Part shown: piece after piece, positions 24,501 through 36,500 of the stretch | Position numbering within the stretch: position 1 is the first letter of the stretch | How the letters are laid out: every line of letters starts with the position of its first letter | Origin: Squalus acanthias | Lineage: Eukaryota | Assembly (NCBI GenBank): GCA_030390025.1 | Contig: CM059425.1 | Location: 168,766,001-168,830,000, forward strand | Direction: 5' to 3' | DNA: 64,000 bases | The notes under the pieces: model-generated | The model's input: only the letters and a program-made list of their open reading frames with translations | Databases searched by the model: none | What the model was told of the DNA's origin: nothing | Position numbers and translations under genes: made by a program

Positions 24501-27500
24501 TGCAATAAATGGAGAAGCTCTTGTTGGCAAAGGAGTACCAGTGCAAGGATTTGTTCTGAATTTTACAACTGGAGAATTACTGGATATCTTCAAACCGGCC
24601 AAACAGGTATTTGGAGTAAAGAAAACAAACCTTTGCTGAGAGAAGTGTAAACTAAAAGTAACATTGTACAAAAACTATCTGCTAAAACATCGTTTCTAAT
24701 GCATTTCATGCAAAGCACCAATTTAGAAATTTACAAAATGCAGTGTTTAATTAGGCTCAACATAACAATACAACACAATGGTCTCAGTGTCCCTTGGTTC
24801 GGGGGAGTAAAAATCTGCTAGGGACCCAACTTTGATGAAGTGCCACAGAATAGGCTTGCCAACAAAGTTGAAGCCCATGGAATAAAAGGGACAGTGGCAG
24901 CCTGGATACGAAATTGGCTAAGTGATCGGAAACAGAGAGTAGTGGTGAACGGTTGTTTTTCGGACTGGAGGATGGTACACAGTGGTGTTCCCCAGGGGTC
25001 GGTACTAGGACCATTGCTTTTCTTGATATATATTAATGACTTGGACTTGGGTGTACAGGGTACAATTTCAAAATTTGCAGATGACACAAAACTTGGAAGA
25101 CTAGTGAACAGTGAGGAGGATAGTGATAGACTTTAAGAAGACATAGACAGGCTGGTGAAATGGACAGACACGTGGCAGATGAAATTTAGCGCAGAAAAGT
25201 GCGAAGTGATGCATTTTGGTAGGAAGAACGAGGAGACTAACTAACGGGTGCAATTCTAAAAGGGGTGCATGAACAGAGACACCTAGGGGTATATGTGCAC
25301 AAATCGTTGAAGGTGGCAGAGTAGGCTGTGAAAGCAGTTAAAAAAGCATACGGGATCCTGGGCTTCATAAATAGAGGCATAGAGTACATAAGAACATAAG
25401 AAATAGGAGCTGGAGTAGGCCATTTGGCCCTTCAAGCCTGCTCCACTATTCAACAAGATCATGGTTGATCTTCTACCTCAACTCCACCTTCCCGCACTAT
25501 CCCCATATCTCTTAATTCCCTTTGTTCCCAAAAATTTATCGACCTCTGTCTTGAATATACTCAACGACTGAGCATTCACAGCTCTCTCGGGTAGAGAATT
25601 CCAAAGATTCACAACCTTTTGAATGAAGAAATTTCTCCTCATCTCAGTCCTAAATGGCCGACCCCTTATTCTGTGACTGTGACCCCATGTTCTAGACTGC
25701 CCAGGGGAAACATTTTCCCAGCATTAACCCTGTCAAGCCCCTACGAATTTTGTATGTTTCGATTAGATTACCTCTCATTCTTCTAAACTCTAAGGAAAAT
25801 AGGCCTAGTCTACTCAATCTCTCCTCATAGGGCAATCCCCTCATCCCAGGAACCAGTCCAGTGAACCTTCGCTGTACTCTCGCTAAGGCAAGTATGTCTT
25901 TCGTTAGGTAAGGAGACCAGAACTGTACACAGTACTCCAGGTGTGGCCTCACCAATGTTATGTATAATTGTAGTAAGACTTCTTTACTCTTATACTCTAA
26001 GATTTGATAGAGGTGTTCAAAATCAGGATGGGTCTAGACAAAGTAGGTGGAAGGGTCGAGAACCAGAGGACACAGATTTAAGGTGATTGGCAAAAGAACC
26101 AAAGGCGACATGAGGAAAAACCTTTTTACGCAGCGAGTGATTAGGATATGGAATGCACTGCCTGAGAGGGTGGTGGAGGCAGATTCATTCGTGGCTTTCA
26201 AAAGGGAATTGGATAAGTACCTGAAGGAAAAAAATTTGCAGGGCTACAGGGAAAGGGCGGGGGGGTGGGACTAGCTGAAGTGCTCTTGCAGAGAGCCAGC
26301 ACGGGCTCGACGGGCCGAATGGCCTCCTTCTGTGCTGTAACCATTCTATGATTCTGTAATTCTATGATCGCTATCTAGTGACACTTTCTGGAAAGTCCAT
26401 GTGTGTGAATATTGGCTGAGGTTTGGTTGCAATGTCTCCATGATGGAATAGCTTGGTATAGTTTCACACATGAAAGAAGGCCATGTAGTCATGGAAGCAT
26501 ATCCCAGTGTGATTCAATGCTTTTCGGAGAGAAGGGGAGGAAAAAGGACAGCATTGGAAAGAAGTGGATAAAAACTCAGTGCTTCCATAGGATCCATTAA
26601 TCTCTCATTGTCTGAACTGATTTCCTGTACATTATTATACGCAATGTGCAAAGATATTGGTGCAAATAAATATCTGGGATCCTGCTGCTGGTGCTATCCT
26701 GTCTGTTGCCAGAAATGGAACGTGGAATGCACTGCCAGAAACAATGGTGGAAGCAGAATCCATATTCGGTTTTAAAAGGGAATTGGAGAAAGATTTGAGA
26801 AAGAAAAATGTAAACCTGTTTGAAAAGAGGATAGGGGAAAGGAACTAAGTGACTAGGGACCGGTCTTTGCATTGAGAATAATGGTGAGGCTTACAACGCT
26901 CACTGTTATTATGGAGTAAATCGGACAGCAACTTCCGGAGAATGCACATGCGCAGTTAAACATGGAAATCCGGAAATTGTGGCAATGTTCCTTCTAATTT
27001 TTTTTGTACTGAGTGGGCCACGAACTCCTTTTGAGCGCGACCTTTTGGTCGATGGGCAAATTTTACAATAATAACAACAACACTTACAACAACAACAGCA
27101 ATAGCAACCACTTAAAAGCATATATACGGTAATGCCATATTGCCACCCCACTGTCTCAAATCATGAGACAATCAGACAAGGTTCTATACAAGTTTAACAT
27201 AACTTCTCTGCTTTTGAATTATATTCCTCTAGAAATGAACCCCAATGCTTTATTATGCACTTTTATGGCTTTTTTAACCTGTGTTGTTCCTTTTAATGAT
27301 TTGTGAAGCTATACCCCCTAGATCCCTTTGCACCTCTACCCCATTTTAGAGTCTTATTTTCCAAGGCGTAGGTAGCCTCCTTATTCCTCCTACCAAAATG
27401 CACCACCTCACACTTATCTATATTGAAATTCATTTGTCATTTACATGCCCATTCTGCAAGTTTGTTTACGGTAGAACTAATTAAAAGCTTTTAGTTCATC

Positions 27501-30500
27501 GTGTACAAACTCAATTTTTAAAAAGAAATTACTTGTCAGAAATGACTGGGATTTCAAAGAACTGCATAATAATGTATTAACACTTCAGAAACATCACTCA
27601 GTTACACGGTTATGCATCGACAAACAATACAAAAGCCCAAGGTCAGCTGAAAGAGGCTATTCATGCAATTTGTATTAATTTTAAAGTTTTCAATGTATTA
27701 GCCCAACCCTCATGTCACTATAGCAATGGCTGCACAAGCAGCAGGAGCAGCGGCTTTCCTATGGCGCTGATGTGCTGTACGTCCACATAAGTAATTAGAA
27801 TATTAATCACAAATCAACCAGACAAACAACAAATATAAAGTGCTGTAGTTCTTTAGTTCACAGTTTTAAAAAGAATTGAACAAAAACAGATATCTGTATT
27901 TTCAACTTCAATCACTTGCATTAATAAACATTGTCTTCTTGAACCAGCAGACCACCCATGTAACATGTCAGGAATGCAGCACTTATTCACAAGTGCAGAA
28001 AAACACATACACAATTTGCGTCACCAAATTAAAAACAAAAAGCAGGAAAAGCTACTTCAGAGATAAGCGTAAGGTAATGCATGCCAAGCGAGAGGGAGAG
28101 TAGGAGGGTGACCAAAAGATTGTTGAAGAGATGGGAAAAAATTTTAATGGAAGAGGGAGAGGCAAAGAGGACCCAGGCGGTTGAAGGCTGTGCCACCAAC
28201 AGTAAGAAAGAAAAACTTGCATTTATATAGCGCCTTTTATGATCACCGGATGTCCCAAAGTGCTTTACAGCCATTGAAGTACTTTTTGAAGTGTAGTCAT
28301 TGTTGTAATATAGGAAACGCGGCAACCAATTTGCGCACAGCAAGCTCCCACAAACAGCAATGTGATAATGACCAAATAATCTGTTTTAGTGATGCACAAA
28401 AGGGTGGAGAGGATATGGGACTTGAGAAGATTGTAGAGATGGGATGGTTTCAAATCATTGTTCCCTATAAGCTACGCTTTGTTCTGCGCTAGTGCGTGAC
28501 CTGTTTCTTTTAGCGCGCGGTCCCTTTAAATTTCCATGTATGCACGCTAATTATAATGGAGAAGCCACTAAGCGGCCTTCGCGGGACCTTTCCCATTACT
28601 GCGCAGCTTAGAGAGAACATTGGTTCAGACCATGGCAAGATTTAAAGAAGGGCATTACAAACTTCAGGTCTGCCTTAGAATATTCTCTCAGGTTCAGCAG
28701 TGCTGGTCATTCCTGTAAGTAACACCCTTGTCTTACATTAAGGATGTGGCTGTACTGCCCAGTATGCATTTGCATAATAGCATAAGCTCGGAGTATAACA
28801 ATAGTACCTTCTTGGATATCATGCCTTTGTGCCCCGATGTGCGTTTTCCAATCTTTCAGTAGACGGACTGAAAACACTTTAGTGAGATGGGGCCAGATAA
28901 GAATTGATGAGCTGCTTTATTTTACAGACAGCAAGTGAATGTATTAAGTGAGAGTTGTAATCGAATCTCTCCAACTTTGCTTCAATTCACTTCCCTCTGT
29001 GTACATAAGAATAAACTATGTCACACCACCTCGTTAGTGGGATAACTTAACTTTTTTTAACTGGTAAACTCCCTTCCTTTCTCCTAAGAGTGGATTATTG
29101 GCAAACACCCCATAATGGACTCAAATGAATACCAATGATGACAACAACTTGCATTTGCAGTTATATAGCATGCTTAATGTAGGCGTGGATGTTCAAAGGG
29201 GCATCTAAACTAACTTCAGTCTGAAGCATTTTGAATCAAGTGCTTTATTTGAATTCTAACATAAATTTTCATCTGTGTTGTTCTATGTATTTAACTCTTA
29301 AGCACTACATGATCTTAAGTGTTAATTGTACTTAAGTGGTGTATAACAATTGAGTATTAGTTGTATGCAGGTGGTGGGAATTAATTGGGGACTCTCTTGC
29401 TCTCATATGGGAGTAGGCTGTGGAAGGGTTGCAAGCTTATCTTGTGGGTGCACAGTGTGTAATATATGTCTCTCTGAATAAAGGCTTGTAAACAACTAAA
29501 GACTGGGTTCTATTACTCTATCCTCCACCACATGGCTATCTGACTTGTTACAAACAGTACAATTTTTAACATGAATTACACCAATATTCTCCCATGGTGG
29601 CATAGTGAGAAATCCCAAAACTTGACAACGAGGATAAGGGTTTTAAACTTAATGTGTTGGGGATGGGGAGCCAATGTAGGTCAGTGAGGACAGGAGTGAT
29701 GGGCAAGCATAACTAAGTGTATGACATATACATGCATTGGACAAGTTGGTGTTTATGAAGGGTGGGAAGCCAGCAAGGAGAGTGTTGAAGTAGTTGAATC
29801 GAGTAGGTGACAAAGGTGGGGTTTTAGCCGCAAAGGGGCTGAGTTAGGAGCAAAGGTGGGCAGTGTTGTGGAGGTAGAAGTAAGCAACTCGGGGTTCAAC
29901 TGCTATTGAATTTTTCAGTCACTTAGAATAATTATGTAAAGTAACCCTTTTTGTCCTTCAGATTATGTCAAGGACATCTTGGTAATTTCAGCAGAAGGAG
30001 AATGCAAATTAACATTGATTTATTTATTTTCTTAAGAACTTCCTGATGCCACATGACATTGTTGCAGCAGATGATAAGACTGTATATGTTGGGGATGTCC
30101 AAGCAACCACAGTGTGGAAATTTGTACCAGCAGAAAGTAAGCTTTCAGTTGATTCATTTTATTCGCATGACCTAGCTTGCCATTCATTTTATTTGACTTT
30201 CACTGCTGTGTGTGTGTGTATTCTCCTACAATGTAAGTTTCTAATTATTACCTAAGCATTATTTTGAAAAATGGTCACAATAAATCATTTTATTTGTTTT
30301 GAAACCTCAGTTTTAAACTAGCTCTTACCAATGTACCAAGTGACTAGTATGGTTCATGCTGCCTATCAAGTGTGAGATGTGCAGAATTTAGACCATAGAC
30401 CTTCAAATATAGGACCCCCTCTCCTCCTCCTCCCCCCCCCCTCCCCTGGTCCGAAAAAAGTGTTTTTGTCCCTGTGACCTTTGTTGCCTGGAAGGTGATG

Positions 30501-33500
30501 CTCCAGGCCAGTGTATATACCACAGTGATATTGTCATCATGCCCATGATCAAAATAGTGATAGGTGTCCACAAAAGAGTTTTACCCATGCCAAATGCACT
30601 CTTGCATGAATTTGAATCGGAACTTGTCTGAGTTTTAGATAAAAAAATTACCATAGAATTACCTCTGAATTTTATTCTAAAGTAGCTGAAACATGATTTA
30701 AATGAAATGTGACTTTTGGAAGGCCAGATGATGTAATTTAGTGCTGCAAGACAGCAATGGTTTTTCATTAACTGCACAAAGTGAACCTGACTTTTATAAA
30801 AATGGATTTGCCCTCTCCACGAAAATAAAGTAGGTCTAATAAAGAGAATCCTTTTTCTAGAATTGATCACAGTTCTGAAATTGTGGCTTCATCTTTGATT
30901 TGTGTTCATTTATCTCAGAAGTGTAGTAGAGAAGCCAGTGCTACAGAGTTACCATTCCTGATTTCATAGAATCACAGAATGATACAGCACAGAAAAAGGT
31001 AATTCGGCCCATCGTGCCTGTGTCGGCTCTTTGGTAGAGCTATCCAATTAGTCCCACTCCCCTGCTCTTTCCCATAGCCTTGTAAAAAAAAAAAAAAAAA
31101 TTCCTTCAAGTATTTATCCAATTTCCTTTTGAAAGTTACTATTGAATCTGCTTCCACCACCCTTTCAGGCAGTGCATTCCAGATTACAACAACTCGCTGT
31201 GTAAAAAAAGTGTTTCCTCATGACGCCTCTGGTCCTTTTGCCAGTCACCTTAAATCTGTGCCCTGTGGTTACTGACCCTTCTGCCACTGGAAACAATTTC
31301 TCCTTCTTTACTATCAAAACCGTTCATGATTTTGAACACCTCTATCAAATCTCCTTTGAACCTTCTCTGCTCTAAGGAGAAAACCCCCCAGATTCTCCAG
31401 TCTCTCCACATAATTGAAGTCTCTCATCTTGGTACCATTCTAGTGAATCTCTTCTGTACCCTCTCTATAGCCTTGATATCCTTCCTAAACTGTGGTGCCC
31501 AGAATTCAACATAATGGAGGGAATCTTAATCCTACTTGCTCAGCAGAAACCTGGTGGATGAGCATTTAAAATCGCCCTGGCTCTTACCTGTCCGAAAGCT
31601 GCCATGATTGCAACATCTGCAATTTTAACCTGCTCTCCTGAGCAGACAGCAAGGACACGTGCCCGGAGCCAACTTCTTTACATAAGCATGTTGCAGCCCA
31701 ATGACAACATTGAGACCCAACTGTAAGTTTAACTCGGGCCTGAGTGGGGAATCCACCTGGAGTTAAAATCAGGGCCAATACACCAGCTGAGGCCTAGCCA
31801 GTGTTTTATAAAGGTTTAGCATAACTTCCATGCTTTTGTACTCTATTCCTTTATTAATAAATCCAAGGATCCCATATGATTTTTTGACAGCCTTCTCAAC
31901 TTGTCCTGCCACCTTCAAAGATTCATGTACATATACCCCCAGGTCTCTCTGTTCCTGCACCCCCCTTAAAATTGTACCATTTAGTTTATATTGCTTCTCC
32001 TCATTCTTCTACCAAAATGTAGTACTTCACACTTATCCACGTTAAATTTCATCTGCCATATGTCTGCTCATTTCACCAGTCTGTCTGTCCTCCTGAAGTC
32101 TGTTACTATCCTCCTCATTGTTTACTACTTTTTCGAGTTTTGCGTCATCTGCAAACTTTGAAATTATGCCCTGTATACCCAAGTCCAGGTCATTTATATT
32201 AAAAAGATCAATGGGCCTAATACCAACCCCTGAGGAACACCACTGTATACTTCACTCCAGTCTGAAAAACAATCATTCATCACTACACTCTGCTTTCTGT
32301 CCCTTAGCCAATCTTTTATCCACGCTGCCACTGTCCCTTTAATTCCATGGGCTTCAATTTTTCTAATAAGTCTATTATGTGGTATTTTGTCAAATGCCTT
32401 TTGAAAGTCCATATACACAACATCAACTGCACTACCTTTATCAACACTCTCCATTATTTCTTCAAAGTACTCAATCAAGTTAGTCAAACATGATTTTCCT
32501 TTAACAAATCTGTGCTAATTTCCATTTATTAGCCCATACTTTTCAAAATGGCAATTAATTTTGTCTCCGATTACTGTTCTAAGACTTTCCCCATCACCGA
32601 CGTTAGGCTGACTGACCTGTAATTGCTGGGTTTATTCCTCTCCCCCTTTTTTTAAACACGGGTGTAACATTTGCAATCCTCCAGTCCTCTGGCACCACCT
32701 CCATATCTAAGGAGGATTGGAATATTATGGCCAGTGGCTCTGAATTGCCACCCTTACTTCCCTGAGTAACCTAAGATGCATCCCATACGGACAGGGTGGC
32801 TTATCTACTTCGAGGACTGCCAACCTTCTAAGTACCTTCTCTTCATATATTTTTATCCTGTCCAATATCGCTACTGCCTCCTCCTTTACTGCTATGTTGG
32901 CAGCATCCTCTGCTCGAGTGGAGACAGATGCAAAGTACTCATTTAATACCTCAACCATGCCCTCTGCCTTAAACAATCTACTTTTTGGTCCCTAATCAGC
33001 CCCACCCTTCCTTTGACTACCCTTTTACTATTTATTTCCTTTGTGGACAGCCATGGAGGTGTGATAAGAGTTTTAAATACTTCATTCGTTTGGAAAAAAC
33101 TTTTGCTGTCTTTAGGTTGTTACAAGGTTTGAGTTACCCTGTAGGTGGCTGTGATCAAGGTGGGCCTCTTATCCTCTCTCAGTAGGTACAGGAGTAGGCT
33201 GATCTGCGACCTAACTCCATATACCCGCCTTTGGCCCATATCCCTTAATACCTTTGGTTAACAGAAAGCTATCAATCTCTGATTTAAAATTAACAATTGA
33301 TCTAGCATCAATTGCCGTTTGCGGAAGAGTGTTCCAAACTTCTACCACCCTTTGTGTGTAGAAGTGTTTCCTAATTTCACTCCTGAAAGGTCTGGCTCTA
33401 ATTTGTAGACTATGCCCCCTAGTCCTAGACTCCCCAACCAGTGGAAATAGTTTCTCGCTATCTACCCTATCTGTTCCCCATAATATCTTGAAAACTTCGA

Positions 33501-36500
33501 TCAGATCACCACTGAACCTTCTAAATTCTAGGGAATACAACCCTAATTTGTGTAATCTCTCCTCGTAACTTAACCCTTGAAGTCCGGGCTATCATTCTGG
33601 TAAACCTACGCTGCACTCCCTCCAAGGCCAATATATCCTTCCTAAGGTGTGGTGCCCAGAACTGCTCACAGTACTCCAGGTGTGGTCTAACTAGGGCTTT
33701 GTATAGCTGCAGTGTAACTTCTACCCCCTTTTATTCTAGTCCTCTAGATATAAAGGCCAGCATCCTATTCGCCTTTTTGGTAGGGACCTTTACTTGCAGC
33801 TAAATAACAAACTACAGTAAACTCTTGTTTAAACGGCGCTTAACCATCCGGAATACTTTAATAACCGGCAAAATAGATAACCGGTAATCTTGCCGAATCC
33901 ATCCAGCACTCGTTTTGCCGAGTCCGAGTCTCCCGCGGTGGCCGAGTTAGTCAGTGGTTTTTATTTTTGTTTGTGTTAAAAATTGCCTTGGTAAGTATAC
34001 CTCTCTGTTATCCAAAATTTTTCATCAACCGGCACCATCCTGGTCCCATAGGTGCCGGATAAGAAAGAGTTTACTGTAAATTATTTTTCCACCCTTCAGA
34101 CAATAGTTATTATATGATGAGGAAATATAAAACATTGTGTGATTTTTATGGTGCATAGACTGCAAGTAGAAATGAGTTGTACAATCCATCAGGACATCCA
34201 TTTCTCCCTTTAAAACAATTGGATTTTTCTTGTTCAGTATCCTCTATGCTTTAGAAATGAGCCTAAATGGCAGAATTTGCATTTACTTAGTCCCTTTAAG
34301 ACTTTATCGACAACATGATGCCACCTATCTAATGCTTTCTTCTGATGACTTATGGAAAGAAATCTGTTCCTTCTGCTTTTTTTTTTATTCATTCATGGGA
34401 TGTAGGTGTCGCTGGCAAGGTTAGCATTTATTGCCCATCCCTTGAGAAGGTGGTGGTGAGCCGCCACCTTGAACTGCTGCAGTCCATGTGGTGAAGGTAC
34501 TCCCACAGTGCTGTTAGGGAGGGATTTCCAGGATTTTGACCCAGCAACGATGAAGGATCGGCGATATACTTCTAAGTCAGGATGGTGTGTGACTTGGGTG
34601 TGTGACTTGGAGGGGAACTTGGAGGTGGTGGTGTTCCCATGTGCCTGCTGCCCTTGTCCTTCTAGGTGGAAGAGGTCGCGGGTTTGTGAGGTGCTGCCGA
34701 CGAAGCCTTGGCGAGTTGCTGCAATGCACTCGCCGCAGAATACCTAGCCTCTGACCTGCTCTTGTTGCCACAGTATTTATGTGGCTGGTCCAGTTAAGTT
34801 TCTGGTCAATGGTGACCCCCCAGGATGTTGATGGTGGGGGATTCAGCGATGGTAATGACATTGAATGTTAAGGGGAGGTGGTTAGACTCTCGCTTGTTGG
34901 AGATAGTCATTGCCTGGCACTTCTGTGGCGCGAATGTTACCTGCCACTTATCAGTCCTACTGAAGCACAATGTGGCGATACATAAGAGGTGCCAGGGTTC
35001 CTCTTGCAACATTGGGAAGCAGTTTATCAGTGAATTCAGGGATAGGGCAACTGAATAATTTGGGTTTCTCAGAATCAACCAGCCAATATAAAACTGGGAC
35101 ACTGGTGCCTAAGATGCATTGTACCTTTCATGATATTACTACCCTCATTAGCTGCTGAGGAAATTGGGCCAGTGTGATACCAGCACTTGAAGTCCAAGTT
35201 TGGCTGATGGCTTATTTGATAAAGGCCGTGTGTAACAGGTTTATAGATCAGAGGATTTCAGATTCAGTTCCTAGTTTGTGTGAATTAGCTGCCCTCAACT
35301 GGAATGGTGGCTTAGCCTCTACATTGGTTCCTGTAATTAGAAAATTCAGCTAGATTGCCTGCTACTAATCACTGTCCAGTAACCATTTCCTTAAACACTT
35401 CTCCGCTGCCCCCTCCATCCTCACCTCGAACAAGTGCAAGGTACTGTCCTCCTCCCTCTCAAAACAGTCGTTAACATCCCCTATTCAGAAAACCCACCCT
35501 CGACCCCTCTGTCATTGCAAACTACCGGCCCAGCTCCAACCTCCCTTTCCTCTTCAAAGTCCTCGAACATGTCATTGCCTGCCAATTCTGTGTTCATCTT
35601 TCGTGCATCTCCATATTTGAATCTCTCCAATCACCTTTTGTCCTTGCCATTACACTGAAATTGCCCTAATCAAAGTCACAAATGATATCCTCTGTGTCTG
35701 TGACCACTGTGTTTTTCCCCCTCCTCATTCTCCTTGACCTCTCTGCAGCCTTTGGCAGTTGACCACACCATCCTCTTCTAAAGCTTCTTCTCCGTTGTCC
35801 AGCTCGGTGGGACTATTTAAATCATTCCTTGGCCTCATTCCTCCCTTTCTGTAACGTTCTCCAACACTACAACCCCACTACTGAACTCTGTGTTCCTCTG
35901 ACTCCAACCTCTTCTGCAGCCTCCCAACCATTGGCAGCTATGGCTTCAGCTGCTTTGGTCCTACACTCTGGAATTTCTCCATTTTGGCTTGGCGTCTGGT
36001 TTTTTTTGGTCTGATTATGCCTTGGGTCTATATAAGAGGCGCTATATAAATGCAGTTTGTTAATTTGGCACAGGAAGTGAGAGTTTCATTGGAGGGTGAA
36101 AAATATCTCAATAGGTTCACATGCATGCTGCTTTTCTGGGTGGCAAGCTAGAATTACCCCTTGGTGTCATTCAAAGAATGTGGAATATTTCTCTGCCTTA
36201 CATTCGTACAACTCATTTTGCAGGGTGGCAAAGATGAGGTAGGATCAGTCTGACTTTCAGTAATGAGGTTAGGATTTCCTTGGTCTATTAGTCTCATGAG
36301 CAAGTCATCATGGCCTGTAAACCATTGCTTAGAAAAAAAATAGGAGCAGGAGTAGGCCCTTCGAGCCTGCTCCGCCATTCAATATGATCATGGCTGATCC
36401 TCTACCCCAAACCCCTTGATGCCTTTTGCGTCTAGAAATCTATCTATCTCCTTCTTAAATATATTCAGTGACTTGGCCTCCACAGCCTTCTGTGGTAGAG

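Noticed and set aside
29278..29555. Possible solo LTR (TG...CA with AATAAA)
   Set aside because: No TSD or second copy in the window, so the boundaries cannot be supported.
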